From assembly GCA_016182085.1 (NCBI GenBank), contig JACOYB010000004.1, positions 147,923 to 211,922 of the forward strand: a stretch of DNA of 64,000 bases, read 5' to 3'. The notes beneath the pieces were generated by a model, which was not told where the DNA came from, ran no database searches, and saw only the letters and a list, made by a program, of their open reading frames with translations. Positions 1 to 8,765 of the stretch are shown piece after piece. The first letter of the stretch is position 1; each line of letters opens with the position of its first letter. Both the position numbers and the translations under genes were made by a program. The stretch is from Candidatus Magasanikiibacteriota bacterium (lineage in GTDB: Bacteria; Patescibacteriota; Patescibacteriia; Magasanikbacterales; GWA2-37-8).

Positions 1-59
1 AAAGCGGCCATGATAATCTTGCAAGATTATTTTGATAGAAAATCATAAGGCCCTGCTGT

Positions 60-665
60 ATGCTCGCAATAGTGTTGGCTAGAAAAGATATTAAAGAATT
101 TGATCAGATAGTTTCACTCTATACCCGCGAACAAGGGAAGAAAGATGTGTTGGCCAAAGGCATTAAAAAAATTACCAGTAAAAATTCTTCTAATCTAGAA
201 ATTATTTCAGTGGTAGAAGTGGAAATCGCGCAAGGAAAAGAGACAGATCATCTAACCAAGGTGCAGCCAATAAAAATATTTCATCGGATTTATTCTGATG
301 TTGATAAGATCCTGCTTGCCGGCTATATCATACAAGTATTTGATGATGCAGTTCTAGCAGGAGAAAAAGACGCAGCGTTATTTGATTTTTTACTTGGATT
401 TTTTGAATTTCTAAATACAGCTTCAACAATTAATTCGCTGCCGCTAGCCACAGGTTTTATCTTCAAATTCTGGCATCATTTAGGTTTTGGTGAGTTAGAA
501 GGCAAATATGCTCTATGGCTGGAAAGCAGCTGGGATGAAATAAATAACCTACATGTATCAAAAATCGAAGCGCAGTTGGCTTACCAAGCCGCGTTGCAGT
601 TTGCTCAGTATCATACGGGTAAAAAGCTTGCCAAATTTATAGAAAGTGATAGGATTATTGGGTAA
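60..665 (+). CDS. recO: DNA repair protein RecO
   Basis: 201-aa ORF. N-terminal OB-fold-like region typical of RecO (ILARKD..SLYTREQGK..LAKG), followed by a helical C-terminal part. Family call is by resemblance only. Confidence 0.55.
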   Translation: MLAIVLARKDIKEFDQIVSLYTREQGKKDVLAKGIKKITSKNSSNLEIISVVEVEIAQGKETDHLTKVQPIKIFHRIYSDVDKILLAGYIIQVFDDAVLAGEKDAALFDFLLGFFEFLNTASTINSLPLATGFIFKFWHHLGFGELEGKYALWLESSWDEINNLHVSKIEAQLAYQAALQFAQYHTGKKLAKFIESDRIIG

Positions 666-689
666 TTCTGCTAATCCTTTAATGCATTT

Positions 690-1982
690 ATGCAAACATT
701 TGTTAAAAATTTAGCATCAATGGTTGGTCAAGAAGTAGAAGTTAAGGGCTGGTTATACAACAAGCGTTCTTCGGGACCGATTGCTTTTTTGGAATTGCGA
801 GATGGAAGTGGTTGGGTGCAGGCCGTGGCCGCTAAATCCGAGCTGGACCCGGTTGTTTGGGAAGAAATTGAAAAATCAACCCAGGAATCATCGGTAGTAG
901 TCACCGGTAAGGTTGCCAAACATCCAAAAAAAGCAACTGTTTTTGAACTTCAAGTTATAAATTTTAAATTATTACAGTTAGCTCATGAGTACCCTATTGC
1001 GCACAAAGAGCACGGGCCGGATTTTTTAATGGAAAATCGTCATTTGTGGCTGCGCAGCAAAAGGCAATGGGCAATTTTGCGCGTGCGTGATGCAGTTATT
1101 ACTGCCATCGGCGAATATTTGCATAAAGAAAATTTTATAAAAGTTGATTCGCCGGTATTTACACCAAATGCGTGCGAAGGTACGACGACTCTTTTTCCTG
1201 TGCCATATTTTGATTTGGGTACTGCTTATTTGTCTCAATCCGGACAGCTCTATATAGAAGCAGCGATTGCTTCGGTTGGCCGTTGTTATGATTTTGGCCC
1301 GGTATTTCGCGCGGAAAAAAGCAAAACTAAACGGCACTTAACTGAATTTTGGATGATGGATGCCGAAGCCGCATTTGTGGAACATGAAGATAATTTAAAA
1401 ATTCAAGAAGGATTAGTGCGATATATTATTCGTTATTGTTTAACTAACTGTCAGGAAGAATTAAAAATTTTGGAACGCAATACTGAACCGCTAGAAAAAG
1501 CAGACAAACCATTTACCCGTTACACATACGATGAAGCGATAAAGAAATTAAATGAATTGGGATCGGATATAAAATATGGAGAAGATTTGGGAAATGATGA
1601 TGAGGGGCTGCTCACCAAAGATAGTCAAGTGCCGGTGTTTATAGAAAAATGGCCAAAAAGCATCAAGCCATTTTATATGAAACGGGATTCAGTTAATTCC
1701 GATTTGGTATTAAACGATGATTTAATTGCGATTGAAGGGGCGGGAGAAATAATCGGAGGCAGTCAGCGCGAAGAGGATTATGAATTGCTGTTATCCAGAA
1801 TAAAAGCCGAGGAGTTAAACGAAGAAGATTATCAGTGGTATTTAGATTTGAGAAAATATGGCAGCGTGCCGCATTCGGGTTTTGGTATCGGGCTGGAACG
1901 AATGGTGCGCTGGATTACCGGCGTAGAGCATATTCGTGAGTGTATTCCTTTCCCTAGAACTATTGGCCGATTAAGACCGTAA
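690..1982 (+). CDS. asnS: Class IIb aminoacyl-tRNA synthetase, asparaginyl-tRNA synthetase or archaeal-type aspartyl-tRNA synthetase
   Basis: 430 aa. N-terminal OB anticodon-binding domain. Class II motifs: motif 2 FRAEKSKTKRHLTEFWMMDAE and motif 3 GFGIGLERMVRWITG. C-terminal PFPR..RL.P ending. Confidence 0.8.
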   Translation: MQTFVKNLASMVGQEVEVKGWLYNKRSSGPIAFLELRDGSGWVQAVAAKSELDPVVWEEIEKSTQESSVVVTGKVAKHPKKATVFELQVINFKLLQLAHEYPIAHKEHGPDFLMENRHLWLRSKRQWAILRVRDAVITAIGEYLHKENFIKVDSPVFTPNACEGTTTLFPVPYFDLGTAYLSQSGQLYIEAAIASVGRCYDFGPVFRAEKSKTKRHLTEFWMMDAEAAFVEHEDNLKIQEGLVRYIIRYCLTNCQEELKILERNTEPLEKADKPFTRYTYDEAIKKLNELGSDIKYGEDLGNDDEGLLTKDSQVPVFIEKWPKSIKPFYMKRDSVNSDLVLNDDLIAIEGAGEIIGGSQREEDYELLLSRIKAEELNEEDYQWYLDLRKYGSVPHSGFGIGLERMVRWITGVEHIRECIPFPRTIGRLRP

Positions 1983-2010
1983 TCGGGAAGTGTTAAAAAT
2001 AAACTACAAC

Positions 2011-2035
2011 AAAACCGCTAAAACAGCGGTTTTTG
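2011..2035 (+). terminator. Rho-independent terminator after asnS
   Basis: Hairpin AAAACCGCT-aaaac-AGCGGTTTTT followed by a T-run. Confidence 0.6.
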
Positions 2036-2067
2036 TCTATTTTTAGATAAATTTTTGTCTTGCCATA

Positions 2068-2096
2068 TTGACAAAATGATAAATTTATGGTAAGAA
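2068..2096 (+). promoter_or_regulatory. Host-type sigma70-like promoter upstream of high-GC cassette 1
   Basis: TTGACAAAA -35, 17-bp spacer, TAAGAAT -10-like. Followed by a roughly 110-nt mid-GC leader with hairpin GGCTCTCCggttGGAGAGCC and a GGGGAGG RBS 7 nt before the ATG at 2209. Confidence 0.4.
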
Positions 2097-2208
2097 TGTT
2101 CTCAGAAGGCTCTCCGGTTGGAGAGCTGCTTTGACATAAAACTGCGTCCAGGGGGTACTAACTTCCGGACGTTTGTTCACAAATTCACCCTTCACGGGGA
2201 GGTCTGTC

Positions 2209-4563
2209 ATGGGATTTAACGACTTTTTCGCTGATAGTGCGACTCGTAGTCACCAGGGCGGTTCCACCTCGGATACCGCCAAATCCGGATTCAGTCCGGC
2301 GCCGGGCAGGACAAGCCTTACGTCCGATCTTCCGGCGGCAACGCAGTGGGATCGGGAAGCGGAGCGAGCGATCGGCCGTGCAAATCGGCACTTGGATGAG
2401 TTGCCCGAATTGATTCGGGCGGCCAAGGACACCTTTGGAAATGTCCAGTTCCAAGAAGCCAAAGCGGCCATTGGCCAACTGGAGAACAAGCTCTCGCTCG
2501 CTCAAGATAACGCGGGCAGAGCCAAAGGGATTCTGGGTCATGGCAGTGTTGAGAATAAGGCGCTGCTGGAACAGCTGGATATGCTGGAGCAGCGGATTCA
2601 ATCCGCCAAAGAAGATGTGGCGCCGATTCTGGCACGGAAGCCGCCAGAGACCAAGAGTGTTCCATTCTCCCTTCCTGGGGTAGATGAGGAACCTGACGCG
2701 GTTGGTAAATGGGAGAAAGAGCAGACTGCTACCCAGGATTCCTGGGAGACCACGCAGACTGCGATCAATTCATTGCCACCCGATGAGCGAGAGCCCGTTG
2801 GGTACGAGCAGGAAAGCTGTCGGGTTCGAGGCCCGGTGGCCGACAATGCCTTTGAGGGGATCAAGCTATTCATCAAGGCTCGAGCCGAGGATGATATTGA
2901 TCACGCCTACGACATTACGTATCCTTCCTTCTTGGTCGGACCAGGCAAGGTTGGTCCGTACAAGCTGGATCCGGCGCTCAAAGGCGGAAAGGTAGTGTTC
3001 TTCCTGGCTCACCATTCGGAGCGAGGTTACCCCGAGTGGGTCATCGGCCCCGATAACGTGGAAGAGTTCAGGCAGAACATTGACGCGTACGTTGGTGCGG
3101 CTCGCACGGCGCTGCCAGGAAGCAAAAAAATTCCTGGCTCACAGGCCGATGGGGCCGACAAGTTTCCCCACGACCCCTCAATGCTTGAGCTTGAGGCGTT
3201 TGGCAAAGCGCCTTACCAGCAACAGCTGGGTGCAGGACAGAGCGAAGCCCCCTTCAACCAGCCGAAGGAACACTCCGGAATGTTCGGGGTGATGTGGGAT
3301 GGACTCACCGAAGGGATGGATGAAGCCAATGGCGGCAGTTCTGCTGTTGGCGCGCGTAATGCGCATATTCGTCTGACTGACTACGTGGAGAAGGCTCGGG
3401 AAATCGCCCGTCAACTAATGGCGGACGTAAACTCGGGAAAGATGCAGCATCTGGATGCTCGCGGCGCAGCCGTGGCCGGTCGCAACGATTTGATGCGAGG
3501 TGTGAGAGAGCGGATGTCACCATCCGCGCGCTATACCTCACAGAAGATCAAGGCAGACGATGGCATCTCCGAAGGCGCCATGGTCAAGAAGAAGGTGCCG
3601 GATCTCCTGAATGCGGCGCGAAAGGGCGGGGATGGTATGCGAGTTCTTGGTCAGGCAGGTAGTCCGGAAGATCTCCGCAAGTTCTTGGGAGAAGAATCCG
3701 AAGCCTGGTCCAAGTATCTCAAGGCTCTTGAGGCTGGCGAACCTAGCAAGTCCGTAACCTCAAAAGCTGTTCAGGAGATGAGTCAGCAGCCGTCGGTCAG
3801 CCGTGCCATCATCAATTCTGCTGGCAAGAACAACCAAACGGTAACCAGGCTTGTAAAGCTGGGTCGTGTGGCTGGTGCGGCAGGGGCCGCAGCCGGTGTT
3901 GTTGATATGGCTCAAACCATTTACAACGCCGAAGATGGAGAGCGACTCCACGTGGCTGCGGGTGAGCTCGGTGGATTTGTAGGTGGAATTATTGGCGCTG
4001 AACTTGGCGCCATGGCCGCAGTCTGGGTTGCGTCACTGATCATTTCTGGTCCGGCTGCGCCTGTCGTGCTGGTCGTGTCGCTTATCGGCGGCATGGTCGG
4101 CGGAGCGATTGGCGCGCAAGCTGGGCACGAAATGCCGAACATGGCAACTGCGGCGCTTGGCGAAGGCCTTAACGCGGTGGTTACTCCCGGATCCGGGCAA
4201 GCCGGTGGCTATGCTGGTATGCACCAGCGCAGCTCCCAGGCTGGCAAGGACAAGATGAACACCGCGGAACGGTTGCGTCAGATCCAGGACCAGCTCGATT
4301 CGGATATCAGGCAGGCTGAAACCGAAATCAAGAAGGCCAAGGATCGGGACGATCTTGACCGTTGGCAGTTGCAGCGGCTTAACCTGCTGAACTATCGCGA
4401 CCAGGTCGGCGGTATCTACCAGCTCCTGCGGGCTGGCAAGATCAACGAGACCCAGGTCTACGAACTGATGGGTGAAGAGGTCGTCAAACCCGAACCTCAG
4501 GAGTGCGCTCCTGAAGAAGAATCGGAAGGCGGGGCCAATGAAGTTTCTGAAGTTGAGCGGTAA
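2209..4563 (+). CDS. Hypothetical large protein on a high-GC island: coiled-coil N- and C-terminal regions plus a glycine-zipper transmembrane segment
   Basis: 784-aa ORF (ATG at 2209 after GGGGAGG; the ORF track extends upstream to a TTG at 2173). The locus is about 60% GC in a roughly 40% GC genome, with GC-rich third codon positions. Gly-zipper region AGAAGAAAGVV..GGFVGGIIGAELGAMAAVWVASLIISGPAAPVVLVVSLIGGMVGGAIGAQAG. Flanking coiled coils. No recognisable catalytic motif. Confidence 0.6.
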   Translation: MGFNDFFADSATRSHQGGSTSDTAKSGFSPAPGRTSLTSDLPAATQWDREAERAIGRANRHLDELPELIRAAKDTFGNVQFQEAKAAIGQLENKLSLAQDNAGRAKGILGHGSVENKALLEQLDMLEQRIQSAKEDVAPILARKPPETKSVPFSLPGVDEEPDAVGKWEKEQTATQDSWETTQTAINSLPPDEREPVGYEQESCRVRGPVADNAFEGIKLFIKARAEDDIDHAYDITYPSFLVGPGKVGPYKLDPALKGGKVVFFLAHHSERGYPEWVIGPDNVEEFRQNIDAYVGAARTALPGSKKIPGSQADGADKFPHDPSMLELEAFGKAPYQQQLGAGQSEAPFNQPKEHSGMFGVMWDGLTEGMDEANGGSSAVGARNAHIRLTDYVEKAREIARQLMADVNSGKMQHLDARGAAVAGRNDLMRGVRERMSPSARYTSQKIKADDGISEGAMVKKKVPDLLNAARKGGDGMRVLGQAGSPEDLRKFLGEESEAWSKYLKALEAGEPSKSVTSKAVQEMSQQPSVSRAIINSAGKNNQTVTRLVKLGRVAGAAGAAAGVVDMAQTIYNAEDGERLHVAAGELGGFVGGIIGAELGAMAAVWVASLIISGPAAPVVLVVSLIGGMVGGAIGAQAGHEMPNMATAALGEGLNAVVTPGSGQAGGYAGMHQRSSQAGKDKMNTAERLRQIQDQLDSDIRQAETEIKKAKDRDDLDRWQLQRLNLLNYRDQVGGIYQLLRAGKINETQVYELMGEEVVKPEPQECAPEEESEGGANEVSEVER

Positions 4564-4975
4564 TCGTACCCAGAATCGGGCGACCTTGTGGATGGTTGAC
4601 GTGGGATTGTTCCTGTTCGGAATGTTTGCCGCGTTTACCACGTATGTGTTAGTTCCCCAACTGAACCGCTCGTTGCCTGTGTGGACACTGGTATTCTTGC
4701 TGCCAGTGCTAACATTTACGGTACGAGTCCAGTTCGTCAAATCTGAGAACGGCGTAATTGCAAAATTCATCTACTTCTGGCTGTTTGTTCCGTATAGGTT
4801 CAGTAGTCAGGAAGTGGTGGATGTAGCGACAAGCTGTAGTTCAGATGATCTGGACAAAGAAGATGAGCTGGGGTTGATGAGGAGGGACGGAAACCACAAC
4901 TGGATTGAGTGCTACGGCGCAAATGCCGTGGCTCAGTGGATACGAAAATCCACCGGTTTGAACCTCGAACCGTAG
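4538..4975 (+). CDS. Hypothetical small membrane protein (2 predicted TM helices) on high-GC island 1
   Basis: ORF overlapping or abutting the 3' end of the large island gene. Possible starts are ATG 4538, GTG/ATG about 4592, or ATG 4472 in the track. Hydrophobic segments LFLFGMFAAFTTYVLV and LVFLLPVLTFTV. Same high GC as its neighbour. Confidence 0.4.
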   Translation: MKFLKLSGNRTQNRATLWMVDVGLFLFGMFAAFTTYVLVPQLNRSLPVWTLVFLLPVLTFTVRVQFVKSENGVIAKFIYFWLFVPYRFSSQEVVDVATSCSSDDLDKEDELGLMRRDGNHNWIECYGANAVAQWIRKSTGLNLEP

Positions 4976-5030
4976 TTGCAAGAGGAGGTCAGTCGTCTGG
5001 TCGGAGCAATCCGAACAGACGCGAAGTTTC

Positions 5031-5069
5031 AAAGCCGGCGGCTAGTATAGCGCCGGCTTTTGTATTTTT
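5031..5069 (+). terminator. Rho-independent terminator closing high-GC island 1
   Basis: AAAGCCGGCGgctagtatagCGCCGGCTTTTGTATTTTT. The sequence composition returns to AT-rich host DNA immediately after. Confidence 0.6.
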
Positions 5070-5079
5070 ATAGTTTGGA

Positions 5080-5108
5080 TTGACAAAGAGGTAGGTGTAG
5101 ATTATAAT
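5080..5108 (+). promoter_or_regulatory. Promoter for tRNA-Leu
   Basis: TTGACA (5080-5085), 17-bp spacer, TATAAT (5103-5108), about 20 nt upstream of the tRNA 5' end. Confidence 0.55.
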
Positions 5109-5127
5109 TTGTCATACATATAAATTA

Positions 5128-5209
5128 GCCGAAGTGGCGGAATTGGTAGACGCACACGACTCAAAATCGTGCGGAGAAATCCATGAGAGTTCGATTCTCT
5201 CCTTCGGCA
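5128..5209 (+). tRNA. tRNA-Leu (anticodon CAA), class II tRNA with long variable arm, CCA not encoded
   Basis: GCCGAAGTGGCGGAATTGGTAGACGC D-arm. Anticodon stem CACGA/TCGTG with loop CTCAAAA. Long variable arm. T-arm GAGAGTTCGATTCTCTC. Acceptor 3' strand CTTCGGC plus discriminator A. Followed by terminator hairpin AAAGACCCGCGAGTGCGGGTCTTTATT (5218-5244). Confidence 0.85.
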
Positions 5210-5338
5210 CAAATAATAAAGACCCGCGAGTGCGGGTCTTTATTATTTTGGTTGCTCTAGAGAATTGAACGCCGGAGTGGTGCTGAGTTTTTTTATTAAA
5301 TTGTTTGTGGTATAATATTTTTGTCTTATACATTATTT

Positions 5339-6112
5339 ATGGCTGAAGTAATCGCAGTAGTTAACCAAAAAGGCGGGGTAGGCAAAACCACTACGGCCGT
5401 CAATTTAGCCGCAGCTCTGGCTGAAAGCGGCAAATTTGTATTGCTTGTTGATTTGGATCCGCAGGGAAATGCCACCTCCGGATTAGGCATAAAATATCAA
5501 GAATTGGAACAAGGATTGTATCACAGTCTTGCCGGCCAAACTCGTTTGCACGACGTGGTACACAATACTGCTCATGCGGGGTTGCGGGTAGCTCCGGCTA
5601 CCCCAGATTTAGCAGGTGCAAATGTGGAGCTGGTAAATGTAGAAGGCCGTGAAAAAAAATTAGATGAAATTTTATCTGAAGTGTCTCATGCCTACGATTA
5701 TATTATCATTGATTGCCCGCCATCTCTGGGAATTTTAACCCTCAATGGCCTTATCGCTGCCGATCATATTTTGATTCCGGTGCAGGCTGAATACTATGCC
5801 TTGGAAGGATTGGGACAATTGCTTAAAACTATAGAACTTATACGAAGCAACTTAAAACCGGAGTTAAAAATTTTGGGCGCTGTGCTTACCATGTATGATT
5901 CTCGCAACAGCTTATCCGAAGAAGTAATGAATGATCTTTATAAATTTTTCCCAGATAATATTTTTCGTTCGGTTATTCCGCGCACCGTGCGGCTGGCTGA
6001 AGCGCCAAGTTTTGGCCAAAGTATTTTCCATTATGACCCAAGCGGTAAGGCTGCCAAAGCATACGAAAGGTTGGGCAAAGAATTTTTAGAAAGGTTTGAA
6101 AAAGAAGAATAA
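5339..6112 (+). CDS. parA: Chromosome partitioning ATPase ParA/Soj
   Basis: Deviant Walker A NQKGGVGKTTTAVNLAAALA. ParA-family length. TATAAT at 5311-5316 upstream. The ORF track extends to a TTG at 5321. Confidence 0.9.
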   Translation: MAEVIAVVNQKGGVGKTTTAVNLAAALAESGKFVLLVDLDPQGNATSGLGIKYQELEQGLYHSLAGQTRLHDVVHNTAHAGLRVAPATPDLAGANVELVNVEGREKKLDEILSEVSHAYDYIIIDCPPSLGILTLNGLIAADHILIPVQAEYYALEGLGQLLKTIELIRSNLKPELKILGAVLTMYDSRNSLSEEVMNDLYKFFPDNIFRSVIPRTVRLAEAPSFGQSIFHYDPSGKAAKAYERLGKEFLERFEKEE

Positions 6113-6206
6113 TTTTTAATAGTGTCATCCTGAACTTGTTTCAGGATCTGTATATTTAATAACTAAAGAGATGCTGAAAACTTGTTCAGCATGACAGATA
6201 AAATAT

Positions 6207-7049
6207 ATGGCCTTAGGCAAAGGACTGGGCGCCCTAATCTCCGGCGCTCCAAAACAAAAATCAGAATCACATTCCGGCGCGGATGGCCAGGAACGAGTTT
6301 GGCATATTCCGGTTGGCTCCATTACCCCAGGCACCAATCAGCCTCGGCAAAATTTTACAACTCCGGAACTTGATGATCTGGCAGCGTCTATAAAAGAACA
6401 TGGAATTTTGCAGCCACTACTTGTTACCGAACGCCTAGATGGCGGGTATGAACTAATTGCCGGAGAAAGACGTTGGCGAGCCGCGCAAATGATTGGACTT
6501 GCTACTGTGCCAGCGCTCATTAAGCAATTACCAGACAGGCAAAAATTAGAAGTAGCACTCATTGAAAATATTCAGAGAGAAAATTTAACGCCGATTGAAG
6601 AAGCGTTTGCTTATCAAAGACTCATGGATGAGTTTGCCTTAACTCAACAAGAAGTGGCGGAAAAAGTAGGTAAAAGCAGACCGGCGGTGGCCAACACTGT
6701 TAGGCTGCTCAGTTTACCGGAAGAAGTAAAAACCGCGTTAACCGACAAACGCATCAATATGAGTCAGGCTCGCGCCCTCTTGTCTCTGGAAGACAAAGCC
6801 AAGCAACTGGATATGCTTTCATCCATGCTTGGTCAGCGCATTACGGTACGAGAATTGGAGCGGTCAGTTAGCAAGCAAAATACCAAAAAAAGTCATCGCG
6901 ACCCCAATGTAACATATTTAGAAGACCAGTTGCGCGCTGCTCTTGGTACCAAAGTAACCATAACTAAAAAAGGCGAGCGAGGAACGATTGTTATAGATTT
7001 CTACTCGCAAGAAGAATTAACTCGTTTACTTAAAAAACTTACCGGTTAG
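6207..7049 (+). CDS. parB: Chromosome partitioning protein ParB/Spo0J
   Basis: ParB N-terminal box GERRWRAAQMIGLATVPALI. HTH region. Located directly downstream of parA. Confidence 0.9.
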   Translation: MALGKGLGALISGAPKQKSESHSGADGQERVWHIPVGSITPGTNQPRQNFTTPELDDLAASIKEHGILQPLLVTERLDGGYELIAGERRWRAAQMIGLATVPALIKQLPDRQKLEVALIENIQRENLTPIEEAFAYQRLMDEFALTQQEVAEKVGKSRPAVANTVRLLSLPEEVKTALTDKRINMSQARALLSLEDKAKQLDMLSSMLGQRITVRELERSVSKQNTKKSHRDPNVTYLEDQLRAALGTKVTITKKGERGTIVIDFYSQEELTRLLKKLTG

Positions 7050-7065
7050 AATTGAGGGTGTTATG

Positions 7066-8568
7066 TTATTTTTTTGTTCGGGGCATGATAATTTTTAGCC
7101 ATTTGCCTTTTTCAGTTTTCAGTTTTTCTTTTATTTTTGATTTTGCTTGGTGTGTTTTTACATGTTTAAGCCAATCTTGGCTTGGACCCTTGCGATTTTT
7201 GTCGGTAAAAACTTCTATCACATCGCCGCTTTTAAGCGGTGTGTCTAGACTTACCAGCTGATCATTTATTTTTGCGCCATTGCATTGATTGCCAATATCC
7301 GTATGAATATGATAGGCAAAATCAATCGGGGTGGCATCTTCGGGCAGATCTATGACGTCGCCTTTAGGCGTGAACACAAAAATACGATTTTTAAAGAAAT
7401 CAACTTTTAGCTCATCTATATCGGATAGTTTTTCCAAAATATTTTTTTGGATATCGGCCAGTTCTTTGGCCCAAAAAATATCTTTGGCCGGCAAGCGGGC
7501 GCCTCGTTCGTCATAATGCCAGTGGGCCGCAATACCATATTCCGCCTCATCATGCATGGATTTATCTCGGATTTGAAATTCAACGATTTTTCCATCTACG
7601 CAAAATACGGTGGTGTGCAAGGATTGATAGCCGTTTGGTTTAGGTTGAGAAATATAATCTTTGATGCGTCCTTTGAGCGGCCGCCAGAGTTTGTGAATGA
7701 TGCCCAGCGCCGCGTAGCAATCGGATACGCTGTTTACAATAATGCGAATTGCAACCACATCATAAATTTGTTCGGCATTTTCCCAGCCGCCTTTGGCCAT
7801 GATTTTGCGGTACAAACTATATAATGTTTTTTCCCGACCATGGACATTTAAAACATCGATACCGGCATTTTTCAGTTCAGACTTAGCTATTTCCATTACA
7901 TTCTGCAAATAAACCTCGCGCTCTGAAACCAAAGTCTTTCGTAATTCTTCGGTTTTTTCATATTCCTTTGGCAGGATATGAGGGAAAGATAAGTCCTCCA
8001 AAAGACCTTTGAATTCTCCGATACCTAGGCGGTTAGCAATAGGAGCGTAAATTTCTAAGCTTTCCAAAGCAATGCGATGTTTTTTCTTAGGCGGCAACGC
8101 GTCCAGCGTAGATAGGTTGTGTACGCGGTCGGCGAATTTAATGATCATTACGCGGATATCTTCGGCCATGGCCACAAACATTTTGCGCAGATTTTCTATA
8201 TATCGTTCCACGCCGCGATACTTTAGTTTTCCCAATTTGGTAATGCCGCGAATCATGCCGGCTATATCAGGGCCAAAATTCTTCTCTATTTCTTCCAGGG
8301 TCACCGAGGTATCTTCGGGTACATCATGAAGCAGAGCCGCGACAATGATATTTGGGTCAATTCTCATGCGAGCCAAAATCATGGCCGTAGCCACCGGATG
8401 AATGATATATGGTTCGCCGGATTTTCTAAATTGCCCGCGATGCGCTTTCTCGGCGAAATCATAAGCAAGCCGCACCATATCCGTATCTTGCTTGCGGTAA
8501 TAAGTCTTGATTTGTTCCATCAAGTCGGTGATATTTGGATTTGTTGGGATTATATCTTTATAGGGCAT
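7066..8568 (-). CDS. RelA/SpoT-family (p)ppGpp synthetase/hydrolase, short form of about 500 aa lacking the C-terminal ACT domain
   Basis: HD domain HDVPEDT and IIHPVATAMILA, a nucleotidyltransferase (synthetase) domain, and a TGS-like segment (FVFTPKGDVIDLPEDATPIDFAY). No ACT/RRM C-terminus. Confidence 0.85.
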   Translation of the reverse strand: MPYKDIIPTNPNITDLMEQIKTYYRKQDTDMVRLAYDFAEKAHRGQFRKSGEPYIIHPVATAMILARMRIDPNIIVAALLHDVPEDTSVTLEEIEKNFGPDIAGMIRGITKLGKLKYRGVERYIENLRKMFVAMAEDIRVMIIKFADRVHNLSTLDALPPKKKHRIALESLEIYAPIANRLGIGEFKGLLEDLSFPHILPKEYEKTEELRKTLVSEREVYLQNVMEIAKSELKNAGIDVLNVHGREKTLYSLYRKIMAKGGWENAEQIYDVVAIRIIVNSVSDCYAALGIIHKLWRPLKGRIKDYISQPKPNGYQSLHTTVFCVDGKIVEFQIRDKSMHDEAEYGIAAHWHYDERGARLPAKDIFWAKELADIQKNILEKLSDIDELKVDFFKNRIFVFTPKGDVIDLPEDATPIDFAYHIHTDIGNQCNGAKINDQLVSLDTPLKSGDVIEVFTDKNRKGPSQDWLKHVKTHQAKSKIKEKLKTEKGKWLKIIMPRTKK

Positions 8569-8612
8569 ATTAAGTGAATTTTATCTTATTTAGGTGATTA
8601 AATCAATCTGAC

Positions 8613-8690
8613 TGTCATTCCCGCCACAGCGGGAATCCAGGTGATTCGTTCGATCGGATACTAGATTCCCGCTGTGGCGGGAATGACAAC
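8613..8690. repeat. Cargo-less MITE-like palindromic element: two inverted copies of the GTCATTCCCGCCACAGCGGGAATCCAG hairpin repeat separated by a 20-bp spacer
   Basis: Copy 1 at 8613-8640 and inverted copy at 8661-8690. Each copy is itself a hairpin (ATTCCCGC-N4-GCGGGAAT). Same family as the terminal inverted repeats of the GIY-YIG element at 56693-57062. Sits in the relA promoter region. Confidence 0.8.
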
Positions 8691-8700
8691 GATTTAAAAT

Positions 8701-8730
8701 AAAACAAACGTGAATATTCACGTTTGTTTT
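8701..8730 (-). terminator. Perfect 30-bp palindrome, likely terminator of gyrA
   Basis: AAAACAAACGTGAATATTCACGTTTGTTTT, immediately downstream of the gyrA stop on the minus strand. Confidence 0.5.
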
Positions 8731-8765
8731 ATAAATATTATTTTTATAATTACTAGGGACGAGGC

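Noticed and set aside
2185-4770. Multiple long antisense and alternative-frame ORFs inside the high-GC island (e.g. 2185-2601 -, 2318-2665 -, 4033-4770 - of 245 aa)
   Set aside because: - High GC depletes stop codons on all frames.
- These ORFs overlap the single continuous 784-aa sense ORF, which has an RBS and consistent GC3 skew.
- They were treated as artefacts.
6125-6200. parS centromere site between parA and parB
   Set aside because: - The hairpins present do not match the conserved TGTTNCACGTGAAACA consensus.
- No CACGTG core occurs anywhere nearby.
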